Assembly: GCF_001194135.2 (NCBI RefSeq)
Contig: NC_068986.1
Span: forward strand, 30,225,091-30,289,090
Source of the DNA: Octopus bimaculoides
Taxonomy: Eukaryota
DNA length: 64,000 nt
Direction: 5' to 3'
A program made the translations under genes and the position numbers. Below the pieces are notes generated by a model that saw only the letters and a list, made by a program, of their open reading frames with translations, ran no database searches and was not told where the DNA came from. This document shows, piece by piece, positions 12,609-24,544 of the stretch (position 1 is its first letter; every line of letters begins with the position of its first letter).

Positions 12609-12772
12609 CTGTTTCAGATATTTTAAAGTAAGGTAAATTTAGTTCTTCTGTATAGTTAAAGCCTTGGACATTTTTTAGTAATTTTTTCACCAAAGTTTTC
12701 ATCTGCTGGTAACCCTTTGTAATCTCGAATTTTAAAACAAACTCGTAATTTTCTTGTTTTCTTAAACATTCT
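12609..12772 (-). CDS. Candidate 164-nt internal exon or decayed ORF, product unknown
   Basis: TTGTTCTAG| acceptor, 54 open codons (ECLRKQENYEFVLKFEITKGYQQMKTLVKKLLKNVQGFNYTEELNLPYFKISET), AG|GTATAG donor, with in-frame stops just outside both ends. Could be chance. Confidence 0.2.
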
Positions 12773-12920
12773 CTAGAACAATACTATGTGCAAAACCAAA
12801 TATATGACACCCTAGACATAACACTAACATGAACTCCTAACTTGTTGTCTCTTGAGGTCTCTGAGGAAGACTTGGAGCCAACTTGTACAAATACAAAGCA
12901 AAAGTCAAACATATAATATA

Positions 12921-13112
12921 TTATTTACATTTGACGGAGTTGTTAACACAACGTTTCAGCTGATATTCCCCCCCCCCCCCAGCCTGATGAAGGCTGGAAG
13001 GTATATCAGCTGAAACGTTGTAATGACAACAAACAAGATGAGGACAAATATCCGTCAAATGTAAATAATGTATATAATGTACATAATTCCTCATCTCTTA
13101 AATATAAAACTG
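12921..13112 (+). mobile_element. 5'-truncated family-E (hammerhead-bearing) SINE with fold-back inverted copy
   Basis: 12991-13112 matches the family-E 3' half. 12921-12985 is its reverse complement with a 20-nt deletion. Loop GATGA. Confidence 0.8.
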
Positions 13113-13123
13113 TATAAACAGAC

Positions 13124-13162
<39 letters not shown>

Positions 13163-13204
13163 CAACAACAACAGCAACAACAATTACAACAACAATAGCA
13201 ATAA

Positions 13205-13640
13205 CAGCTTCAAATTTTAGCACAAGGCCTGCAATTTTTAGAGAGAGTGGTTAGTTGATCATATCAGTCCCAGTGCTTAACTGGGACTCATGTGATTATT
13301 TTATCGACCCCCACCCCCACCCACCCACAAAAGAAGTAAGGCAAAGTTGACCTCGACTGGATTTGAACTCAGAAAGTAAAGCCGGATAAAGTATGGCTAA
13401 GCATTTAGTCTGACTCACTAAGTATTATGATAATAATCCTTTCTTATGGCCTGAAATTTCAAGGGAGGGTACTAGTTGATTACATTGACCCCAGTATTTA
13501 ACTGGTACTTTTGTCATTGACCCTGAAAGGATATAAGGCAAAGCTGACATCCATGGAACTTGAACTCAGAATCTAAATTCAGATGAAATGCCACTAAGCA
13601 TTTTGTCCAGTATGCTAGTAATCCTACCAGTCCATCATTT
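13205..13640 (-). mobile_element. Two tandem diverged family-D SINEs
   Basis: Two occurrences of the GGTACT...AAGGCAAAG(T/C)TGAC...TTGAACTCAGAA...CTAAGCATTT pattern. Confidence 0.65.
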
Positions 13641-13651
13641 CACTAATAATA

Positions 13652-14702
13652 ATCATCATCATCATCATCATCATCGTTTAACGTCCGCTTTCCATGCTAG
13701 CATGGGTTGGACGATTTGACTGAGGACTGGTGAAACCGGATGGCAACACCAGGCTCCAGTCTGATTTGGTAGAGTTTCTACAGCTGGATGCCCTTCCTAA
13801 CGCCAACCACTCAGAGAGTGTAGTGGGTGCTTTTACGTGTCACCCGCACGAAAACGGCCACGCTCGAAATGGTGTCTTTTATGTNNNNNNNNNNNNNNNN
13901 NNNNNNNNNNNNNNNNNNNNNNNNNNNNNNNNNNNNNNNNNNNNNNNNNNNNNNNNNNNNNNNNNNNNNNNNNNNNNNNNNNNNNNNNNNNNNNNNNNNN
14001 NNNNNNNNNNNNNNNNNNNNNNNNNNNNNNNNNNNNNNNNNNNNNNNNNNNNNNNNNNNNNNNNNNNNNNNNNNNNNNNNNNNNNNNNNNNNNNNNNNNN
14101 NNNNNNNNNNNNNNNNNNNNNNNNNNNNNNNNNNNNNNNNNNNNNNNNNNNNNNNNNNNNNNNNNNNNNNNNNNNNNNNNNNNNNNNNNNNNNNNNNNNN
14201 NNNNNNNNNNNNNNNNNNNNNNNNNNNNNNNNNNNNNNNNNNNNNNNNNNNNNNNNNNNNNNNNNNNNNNNNNNNNNNNNNNNNNNNNNNNNNNNNNNNN
14301 NNNNNNNNNNNNNNNNNNNNNNNNNNNNNNNNNNNNNNNNNNNNNNNNNNNNNNNNTAATGTTCAGCTTTTCTCTCAAGATACTTACACTCTGACGGGTA
14401 TTCACATTGACATTACACATCCAACGGAGCATACTGGCTTCATTCCTTGCGAGCTTACGTATGTCCTCAGCAGTTACAGCCCATGTTTCACTGCCATGTA
14501 GCATGGTTGTTTGTACGCATGCGTCATACAGTCTGCCTTTTACTCTGAGTGAGAGTCCCTTTGTCGCCAGCAGAGGTAAGAGCTCTCTAAACTTTGCCCA
14601 GGCTATTCTTATTCTAGCAGCTACACTTTCAGCGCACCCACCCCCACTACTAACTTGGTCGCCCAGATAGCGGAAGCTATCGACTACCTCTAGTTTTTCA
14701 CC

Positions 14703-14705
<3 letters not shown>
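13652..14705 (-). mobile_element. 5'-truncated RTE-clade LINE spanning a gap
   Basis: RT C-terminal coding segment at 14357-14705, and 3' UTR plus (GAT)n tail at 13652-13884, in the same orientation. Confidence 0.85.
14357..14705 (-). pseudogene. RTE reverse transcriptase ORF fragment
   Basis: QGEKLEVVDSFRYLGDQVSSGGGC...RIAWAKFREL...MLHGSETWA...MLRWMCNV shows the RTE-typical FRYLG and YGSETW-like motifs; no stop over about 116 codons. Confidence 0.9.
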
Positions 14706-14738
<33 letters not shown>

Positions 14739-14877
14739 AACAACAACAACAGCAACAACAACAATAATGAACAATCTGGTGTTTATATCAATGGCCTACC
14801 AATGAATACAATGAGTTTCTTTGCCCAAGGTGTAAAGGAAGACACTTGGCAAGAAATGAAAACAAAATTGAAAGTAA

Positions 14878-15052
<175 letters not shown>

Positions 15053-15070
15053 GTAAATATCTTTTATTAG

Positions 15071-15189
15071 CCAAATGATGTGTTGCAGTTGCCTCAATTC
15101 AGTTTTGAATTTCTTCAAAGGTCTTTGAAGAAACATAAGAAATGTAAGAGTGTATTGAAGTAACTGTGTGGTTGAATGATGTCACCTGG
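15071..15189. mobile_element. Small palindromic MITE-like element, copy 1
   Basis: Central palindrome TTCTTCAAAG-GT-CTTTGAAGAA; inverted homologue of 15397-15528. Confidence 0.5.
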
Positions 15190-15396
15190 TCAATGTAAGC
15201 TATGTCTATTTGTCTATCTGTCTATCTATTTATTTATCTATCTATCTATCTACCTGTCTATATATATACATATACATACACACACACATACACACACACA
15301 TATATATATATATGTAGATAGATAGATAGATAGATAGATAGACAGAGATAAATAGATGGATAGACAGACAGATAAGACAGACAGAATTTACATTAA

Positions 15397-15528
15397 CCAG
15401 GTGATACCTTACAACCATACAACTTGACAGTTTCAATACAGTCCTGTATTTCTTATATTCTATCAATGGCCTTTGAAGAAATTCAAGACTGTATTGAAAC
15501 AATTGCACAGTTGTAAGGCATCACATGA
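15397..15528. mobile_element. Small TTAA-flanked palindromic MITE-like element, copy 2
   Basis: TTAA-CCAGGTGATACCTTACAAC ... GTTGTAAGGCATCACATGA-TTAA. Confidence 0.55.
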
Positions 15529-16265
15529 TTAATATGGTTGTTGTTGTTATTGTCATCATTATTTTGTTTTGTTTTTAAGCTGAAGTTTCTTTAAATGCAG
15601 CGAGTTTCATGTTTCCGGTCCTCAAATAATGCCTTTGATCATAAAGTCTTCTCAACCTTGGCTTCAGTTGAGACCAAATCACAACTGCTAAATCTAACAT
15701 ATTTGGGCTATAAATACATGCACACATACTCATACACACAGATATATATATATATATATATATANNNNNNNNNNNNNNNNNNNNNNNNNNNNNNNNNNNN
15801 NNNNNNNNNNNNNNNNNNNNNNNNNNNNNNNNNNNNNNNNNNNNNNNNNNNNNNNNNNNNNNNNNNNNNNNNNNNNNNNNNNNNNNNNNNNNNNNNNNNN
15901 NNNNNNNNNNNNNNNNNNNNNNNNNNNNNNNNNNNNNNNNNNNNNNNNNNNNNNNNNNNNNNNNNNNNNNNNNNNNNNNNNNNNNNNNNNNNNNNNNNNN
16001 NNNNNNNNNNNNNNNNNNNNNNNNNNNNNNNNNNNNNNNNNNNNNNNNNNNNNNNNNNNNNNNNNNNNNNNNNNNNNNNNNNNNNNNNNNNNNNNNNNNN
16101 NNNNNNNNNNNNNNNNNNNNNNNNNNNNNNNNNNNNNNNNNNNNNNNNNNNNNNNNNNNNNNNNNNNNNNNNNNNNNNNNNNNNNNNNNNNNNNNNNNNN
16201 NNNNNNNNNNNNNNNNNNNNNNNNNNNNNNNNNNNNNNNNNNNNNNNNNNNNNNNNNNNNNCAGT

Positions 16266-16297
<32 letters not shown>

Positions 16298-16306
16298 TAG
16301 ACAGAC

Positions 16307-16365
<59 letters not shown>

Positions 16366-17019
16366 GATATCTATGCACACACATGTGTGTAAGTGCATAT
16401 CATGGATATCCTGGATTTAAATGATATCCATATTTGTTGGCTACATATGATATACACATTATAGATTTTCAATATATACATGACATATCTGTGTGATGAG
16501 CTTGTTATGAATAGCACACTTGATATAAATTGCAAGCATTATAATATATCCAGTTACATAACTGCACAAAATAAAACTAGAATTCTCTTCAATCAATAAT
16601 ATGTATAGTATCATTGATTATGAATTGAGTTGTAAGTGCAAAGGATAAACTTCAAGGCCAATAGAATTAATATTTAGCTGTGTAAATGAGATACTGAAAT
16701 GAATAATTTTTTTACTGAGCTAATGACTTATACAATTTAAAGGGAATAGGGGGGAAAAAATTATCCTTTTTTTTTTTTATTTCACACCAGCTATAATTAT
16801 GACACTAAAAAAGATGAGTTGAAAGATCCTCTGTATGGTTGTTTGACCTCCTAGAATTGGCAGTCAAATCGTGTTCAAATTACTATTTGCTGTTTTAAAG
16901 CTGGGAAGGACACATTGAATATCATCATCGTCGTCATCATCATCATCATCATCATCATCCTCCTCCTCCTCCTCATCATCATCATCGTCATTTTTGTTGC
17001 TGTTTTAAAGTCCACATTT

Positions 17020-17230
17020 CCATATATACATTGGGTTGGACAAAATTTAATGAAGCAGATTTTCTGTGACTGGATGACCTTTCCTCTTCCTGACCCTCAT
17101 CTGTTTCCAAGCAAGATATTTCCTCATGACCAGACATGTCCAGGCAGAATATCAGAAACAAATGACACAACTCATATCACAATGACAATCATTTACAACC
17201 ATCATGCAATGTCCAGACAAAGAGACACAA
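17020..17230 (-). mobile_element. Old RTE-like 3' UTR variant
   Basis: GGGTTGGAC...GCAGATTTTCTGTGACTGGATGACCTTTCCT resembles the reverse RTE tail. Confidence 0.4.
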
Positions 17231-17609
17231 ACAAACGCACACTGAGCAGTCAATTAGTAGAATCATTAGAGCCTTATTTAGTCTTAACTCTTTACATCCT
17301 GGGTTCAAACCCTGCTGAGGTCAGCTTAACCTTTTCATCTTTCAGGAGTCAATTTGACCAACAAACCTTCTCCCTGTTAATTTCAGACCTTACACCAATG
17401 TTAGAAACATTTATTTATTTATTTATTTATTTATTTATTTGTTTCTCAATTATCTCCCAAAGAATGGAACTACACAAACTCATAATATTGTATGAGTTTA
17501 TGCTACATTGTCATTCTTATCTCATTTCCTACAGTATACATATTTCCAGGATTCATAAGTTTTATATTTTATTTGTTAAGTATTTTAATGCTGATAATAT
17601 TAGAGACAC

Positions 17610-18202
17610 TTTTAGCTCTGTAGTACAAATGTCTTGTTTTCAAAAGTTCTGAATTAAAATCTTCCACCAAACTTTAGTCACAATTTATGTTCCTAACACT
17701 AGCTTAATGATAACAAAGTTATTTCACTAAATACTTTGTTATATTTAAAATTAGTGGAGGCGCAATGGCCCAGTGGTTAGGGCAGCAGACTCGCGGCCAT
17801 AGAATTGCGGTTTCAATTCCCAGACCAGGCGTTGTGAGTGTTTATTGAGTGAAAACACCTAAAGCTCCACGAGGCTCCGGCAGGGGATGGTGGTGAACCC
17901 TGCTGTACTCTTTCACCACAACTTTCTCTCACTCTTACTTCCTGTTTCTGTTGTGCCTGTAATTCAAAGGGTCAGCCTTGTTACACTGTGTCACGCTGAA
18001 TATCCCCGAGAACTACGTTAAGGGTACATGTGTCTGTGGAGTGCTCAGCCACTTGCATGTTAATTTCACGAGCAGGCTGTTCCGTTGATTGGATCAACTG
18101 GAACCCTCGACGTCGTAGGCAACAGAGTGCCAACAAAAAATTTTTAATTAATTGAAAAAAACACAGAGCATCTCAACAGAAATATAGTAACAAAATGGTT
18201 AA
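17610..18202. mobile_element. TTAA-ended (piggyBac-like) MITE interrupted by a family-C SINE
   Basis: Ends ...GTAACAAAATGGTTAA; inverted homologue of 21342-21568. Confidence 0.45.
17753..18137 (+). mobile_element. tRNA-derived SINE, family C, full length
   Basis: A box TGGCCCAGTGGTTAG, B box GGTTTCAATTCCC, 3' domain ending GAGTGCCAACAA; four near-identical copies in the window. Confidence 0.9.
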
Positions 18203-19415
18203 GCAAGTAAATATATTAAAAGAAAGAAGCTTCTAGGCTTTGTTATAAGCTAAAGATATCTATAGGTTTATCATGATTCATGAGTGTAGTTCCAATACAG
18301 AGAAATACCTACAAGCTCCTATTGTTTTTGGTGTTTATCTAGTAAGGTATGATGTAGTTTTCTATCACACAGTAATGCGTGGTATATAACATCTGAATAC
18401 CAAATATATGAATGGTGTTTCAGTAATTAAAAAAGTCCGAACATGAAATGGAACATTCCTTGACAACTTTCATTGATTTGTGTACTATTTATAAACACAT
18501 GTAACAAAGAAACACGATTGAATAAATATTTGATAACAAATAAAATGCCAGTGTAATCAGAACTTTTAAAGGTCTCCGTATAATATAAATATCCATAAAA
18601 TGTAAAGAGCTAACCTACAATCAATTTTAATTATCAATATGAATCGTTATAGGGATGCACAGAGAAAGAGTGGAAGAGGTGGGGGGGGGGGTAAAAAAAA
18701 CAATAACTGGCTGGTGCACTCATGCATGTCCATTGAGAATATCAATGTTATGTGCTTTGTCCTTTGCTAATAATTGATGTTTCATGATTGCAACACCAGG
18801 CTTTTCAAAGTGATGGCCACAATCACAATAAATAATCTTTTTGTTTACATTCAAAATGACTCCTTATGCTAGACTGTGCAAGCCATTTACAATGAATTTC
18901 GCTGGTAAAATTATTTCAAGTCTCCTAACCCAGTATATTTATGTGCATCTGTGACTATGCATGATTCTGTGACTTATATCTGCCAGGTGTTGAGGGAAAG
19001 CTGTGTGACAGTAAAGAAGATGGTTTATTTATTTCTTTTCAAGGTCAATCCACTTAAGCCAACTGGTTTAACTATGTGATTTGTATACAGTAAATTACTA
19101 ACGCTTGAAGTGGACATGTACTCCTCTGTCCAAATCAAAGATGGAAAACTATGGTAAAGAATGGAAAGAGAATAAAAAGAAATAATGGACATATAATGTA
19201 AAGAGAAGACGAGAATGGTAGGAGAATGGTAGGGAACAACAGAACAAAGAGAGAAAGCAAGTGTGGGTATTTGAAAAGAAGGAATATCAAATTAGTGAGA
19301 AATGTTTAGTAATAAATTTTCCTACCATAATCAATCTACAAGTAAACTATTCTGCAGTGTAGTAGTGTTGAGAGTGTTGTTGTATGTAGCCTCATGTTTG
19401 CTCTAGTCAAGTAGA

Positions 19416-19587
19416 TCATCATCATCATCGTCGTTTAACGTCCGTTTTCCATGCTAGCATGGGTTGGACGATTTGACAGAGGACTGGTGAACCAGATGGC
19501 TACACCAGGCTCCAATCTGATTTGGCAGAGTTTCTACAGCTGGATGCCCTTCCTAACACCAACCACTCAGAGAGTGTAGTGGGTGCT
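19416..19587 (-). mobile_element. RTE LINE 3' end
   Basis: Reverse complement of the 2995-3145 family. Confidence 0.85.
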
Positions 19588-19909
19588 GTGTTACTAAAAG
19601 CATTTCGGTTAGGACCATCCTCTGTTTAGGATTATACAGACATACATTATGGAATGTGGCCCGTGTGAATGTAAGATGGTTGGTGGGGTTGTGGCTGGAG
19701 GGAAATTCAGTTGCTATTTCTAGTAGGTCAAGTAACCATGTTACTGTCTCCTCGACGGAATATTGAGAATATTGCTGTTTAGTTAGTCACAGGTCTATCC
19801 TGCTGTTGAGCCACAGATGTGAACCATTAAGTTAGTCATGGCCTAAGCCAATTCTGGCTGAAACTTATCTAAGTATCTAAGTATTAACAAAGATACTCCA
19901 CTGATAGTC

Positions 19910-20220
19910 AAACTAGCACTCCACCAGTTACAACAAGGGTTCCAGTTGATCCAATCAACAGGTCAGCCTACTTGTGAAATTAACATGCAAGTGGCTGAAC
20001 ACTCCACAGACACGTGTACCCTTAACATAGTTCCCTGGCAAATTCAGTGTGACACAGAGTGAGATAAGGTTGGCCGTTTGAATTACAGGTACAACTCATT
20101 TCTGCCAGCTGATTGGACTGGAACAACGTGAAATAAAGTGTCTTGCTCAAGGACACAACACATCACCAGGAGTTGAATACATGAGCTATATACCCTAACC
20201 ACTAAACCATGTGCCTTCCC
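19910..20220 (-). mobile_element. SINE with G-type head/body and C-type 3' domain
   Basis: GTGTCTTGCTCAAGGACACAAC shared with 24209-24440; CACTCCACAGACACGTGTACCCTTAAC shared with family C. Confidence 0.7.
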
Positions 20221-20574
20221 TCCAGTGATGGTAATCTCATCTTATTTTCAAATGTAGACATTCCCTCGGCAGATAATCAAGTGTAGTGATAACATGAGAT
20301 ATTTAATCTACCTATCCTAAGTTCAAGCCATGTTGCATGTGGTAGGCCCCGTTTTGGACCTGTAAGTCCAACCATGCCACTTGTCTTGACAGTTCCACTT
20401 AGTCTATGGATGTCTTAAGTAAACTTTACCCTGTTACAAGCCTTCAAACCAAATTCCTAATTCTCTCCCTGTCTACATTTTCCTGACAAGCCCCTAGTGC
20501 AATCCCACTGCATGGAATGTTGGGCAAGTATCTTCTGCCTTAATGTTGTAAGTGAAATTGAGTAGACCAACACA

Positions 20575-20745
20575 TGTGTGTGTGTGTGTGTGTGGTGGGC
20601 TTCTTTTAGTCTCCGTCTACCAAATCCACTCACAAGGCTTTGGTTGACCCAGAGGTTATAGTAGAAGACACTTGTCAAAGGTGTCACACGGTGGGACTGA
20701 ACCCAGAACCATGTGGTTGGGAAGCAAGCTTATTACCACACACTC
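20575..20745 (-). mobile_element. Family-A SINE 5' half
   Basis: CCAAATCCACTCACAAGGCTTTGG...GGGACTGAACCCAGAACCATGTGG. Confidence 0.75.
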
Positions 20746-21341
20746 AGTCTATTATCTTTTTTAAAGAGTCTTTTTTTTTTGTGTGTTGTTATTAGTCATT
20801 GTTAACAATATAGGCCAGTATAACGCCTTGCTTTTAACAATACTCAATACCTATGGTATAGTTATATACTTCAACACCCATCTGCTTGCAATTGACTGTA
20901 AGCATTCAATTGTGCTATGTGATAGGATAGGGAAATTGTAAAAGTTATATTTCCCACCCAGAAATAAGTTGTTGGCTCTTATGTCAGCAGTAAAGAAACA
21001 AGAGATAAAGTCATAGGAATAAATAAATGAAAGGTAACAATAAAAAATAAAATGAAGCAAAACAATAAAATAATGTCTCTATGACATGTTTGGTACAAAC
21101 AACTCGGGTAAGTTTTCTTATCTGCTTTAGAAACTACAACTTTCAACTTATCCAAACAATTCATTGTTTTTTTGCAACTGAGACAGCTTTCTAATTTTAA
21201 ACTTTTTACAGACATGATTTAGACTTTTATAATTAAAAGACCACAGTGCAGAATTTATAAAATTCCCAAGACATGAAGTGCAAAAAAAAAAAAATGAGAC
21301 GTTGAATCTGTAAAACTTTTAGTACATGCATGGTTCAGAGC

Positions 21342-21568
21342 TTAACCCTTTTGTTACCATATTTCTTTTGAAACATACTGCCTTGGTTTTAATTAATTTT
21401 GAAAACGATGAAAAATTCACTGAAATAATTGCCATATTGAGTTGGTGTTTGGAACATGAATTTACTTGAAATTTTGGTGTAAAGTTTTAAATTTAGATCA
21501 CTCTAAAAGGGGAAGTTTGTATCATAGAATTAAGAGTGATCTCAAGTGGGTTAGTATCACATGGGTTG
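21342..21568. mobile_element. TTAA-CCC (piggyBac-like) MITE, diverged
   Basis: TTAACCCTTTTGTTACC ... GTATCACATGGGTTGA. Confidence 0.45.
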
Positions 21569-21873
21569 AGGTATTGAACTAATTAAACCACATAGAGTCA
21601 ATACTACTGTTTGGCTTGGCATGTAAATACAAAGGGAAGGGGAAATAGATCACATCCTTTATTATGTGTATTCATAAGCGTCTTTTACATTGATTGAAAT
21701 AACAAAAGATTTCCACAGAATCAGTGATTTGACTAATCAGAACCAATGTTAGTCACAGTTCCATTTGGGCTCTTACTCTCAGTGTATGCTTGCAATATAT
21801 ATTTTACAGAATATTTTAAAATTTAAAATAAAAGTAAATTTTTTATATATATATCTATCTATCTATCTATCTA

Positions 21874-21910
<37 letters not shown>

Positions 21911-23074
21911 GAGTCAGAGCCTGGACAAAACATTGCTGTAGTAGGTCAGATGTGACTCAATTGTCTCTTTTTCCCAACCCAGATCTATTTGAAAATAACC
22001 ATTTCCCCCCATTTCTTCCATCATTTTCACTTATGTCATTATACACAATATTACCCAATGTTTCTTTCCCAGAACTTTATCTCTCTGAAATTCTCTTTCT
22101 GCCAATGTGTTCTTTCCAACTATAAAATTGCAAGAATTGAATTATATCATTAGCTATACAAATAACTCTATAAGGATTTTGTATGATTATCTTGGATATG
22201 TTGATAGGAAGACTATCACAGTCTCTCTTCCTATCTTTTCACCATTCATCCAGTGTCCTGGAACACTGTGTGACTGGCGAATGGATGGGAAGAGAGAACA
22301 CAACATTCGAATAAGTAGAGGAAAGTGATAGAAGCCACTTCACAAGGGTTTGCATATTTTTATTTTTTATGATGCAACATGGGGTTTTTGTTGCACATCT
22401 ATTACATCTGCTGCACATTTACATCAGTTGAAATATTTTTTCACAGCATGTAATAAGAAATACTAATGGTGATTTGCAATTGTCTGCAACACAATTTCCA
22501 GCCTGACCCAAAATTACTAAATGCCAACAGCATTATAAGTAGATTACCAATTAATTTGTCTCTTCCTATTTTGACATTATTGATCCAACTATTTGTGCTT
22601 TACTAGTTTTTACAGCAACACCATGAAAATATATATGTGCATCTTTATGCATGTGTGTACACATATACATTTGTGCATTGGTGCGTGTATTTATGCACAT
22701 GTTTGCATATACATACGGCTATTTGTTTAAAGAATATCCCTTTCATTCTTATTTCCTTTTGTAGTTATTTGATGATTTACCATTTTTCTCTGCCATTTAG
22801 TTGATGCCTGTTATATTATTACAGTTAAATGTACCACTGTCCCCTGTTTTATTTCTTTGTAACTCATAGCTGTATAACATGGCTGTGTGGTTAAAAGAAA
22901 ATTGCTTCACAATGACATGGTTTTGGTTCAATCCTATTGTGTAGCACTGTTTCACATGTACGTGCGTGCATATGTGTGTGTGAGTGTGTGTGAGTTTTTC
23001 ATACTGGTGTGTGTGTTTTCCACACTAGTGTGTGTGTGTGTGTGCATACGTACACATGTGTGCTTTCCATGCTG

Positions 23075-23239
23075 GTGTGTGTCTGTTTTCCATATTGGTA
23101 TGGACTGGACAGGTCTTCATGATCTGAGTCAGTTCTTCAGATTTACTCCTACATATGGTCAGAGGCCCATGTCGCGTTCATACATTTTATTTTGGCCTGA
23201 TTTCTATGACTTGATGCCCTTCCTAATCCCAACTACTTT

Positions 23240-23240
<1 letters not shown>
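23075..23240 (-). mobile_element. Old RTE-like 3' end
   Basis: TTTCCATATTGGTATGGACTGGAC...GATGCCCTTCCTAATCCCAAC. Confidence 0.45.
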
Positions 23241-23271
<31 letters not shown>

Positions 23272-24208
23272 ATTCGCGTGTGTGTGTTTTCATACATGCA
23301 CTTATTCATGTCAACATCTTTTGTTAAAGGGTGTAAGCATCAGTGTGGTACTTCTTGAACAAGTCCCTTGCAATAGTTGTTCCACTCTAACTTACAGACA
23401 CTCCCTTATCACTTTTATTACCAGAAATACAGTGAACAAGTGATTGGCTTGTCACAAGCATATAACTAACAGCTCTATTGCTCATCAGCTGTTATACAAA
23501 ATAAATAAAATAAGGCAAAAACTGTTTATTATAATGGTGAATTTTTCTCAGAGAATATCACCTGGAGCTTCTAAATATTTTTGTATTGTATTTTCCCTTA
23601 CTTTTTATCTTCTCCTTCTCTCACTCTTTCGTTTTTCTCTTGTTCTGTTAGGTCAAATCAATGGATAATTCTATAGATGTAGGTGAAGTAGGACTATAAT
23701 CTACAGGGTAGGTTGGTTTGTATAATTTATTATGAACATTATCTCCTGTTCATTCCAAACCATTCTCTTCCTTCTACTTTAATAACTGAAGTCATATTGA
23801 AGAAAGACATGAGATATTAACATAATGTGGCTGTATCAGTACATAATCAGTACTTAAGGAAAGTAATTGTTGCCAATTGTTATTATGTTCTTCCCATTGA
23901 CTATGACTGTATTCTAACAGTTATACAGCTGCTAATATCAATAAAAGATTACAGAGATTCAATAAAGAAAAAATTATAGTTTGACTTCCTTTGCATTCAT
24001 TTTGAAAAGGAATTTGATTTTGTCATATACTAGACTCATAATTAAATTTAAACCAGTTGGATTAGGTCATATTTTAAGCAAGACTGAGAATTTAGCTTCA
24101 AGTATGCTTTCCTTCCAGTAACCAAAGTCAAAAGGTGATTCCACTGATATCAGTTTTGACAGTTGCATTTTCCTAATTCCTGCCAATACTTAAAAAAAAG
24201 GGTAACGT

Positions 24209-24440
24209 TACCTATTCGAGTCATGCTGACCCATAAGGGCCGGTTTCCCAGTTTCTATGATGCATAAATTCCCCACCTGGATGGGATGTCGGTCCCTCAC
24301 ATGGTTACTCACTTTTGCCAACTGAGTGAACTGGAGCAATGTGAAATGAAGTGTTTTGCTCAAGAACACAATGTGCCCAGGAACCAAAACCACAATTTTA
24401 TGATCATGAGTCCAACACCCAAACCACTAGGCTATGCTCC
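24209..24440 (-). mobile_element. tRNA-derived SINE, family G
   Basis: Minus strand TAGCCTAGTGGTT A box, degenerate B box, TTCTTGAGCAAAACAC body. Confidence 0.7.
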
Positions 24441-24544
24441 CCCACCCAGTAATTAAAGATACATGCAAATTATTTTTGTGATTAGTAATTACGCTAAGAT
24501 ACCATAATTTTCAATTACAATAATCCTACCCCAATAATATCTTA

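Noticed and set aside
16915-17652. 245-aa ORF
   Set aside because: A mosaic of microsatellite, old RTE-like UTR and SINE fragments, with no protein signature.
17753-17830. tRNA-like sequences (also at 33743, 56600, 53940, 63290)
   Set aside because: They are SINE heads: no complete cloverleaf or acceptor stem, and they are followed by repeat bodies and TSDs. The source tRNA isotype was not assigned.
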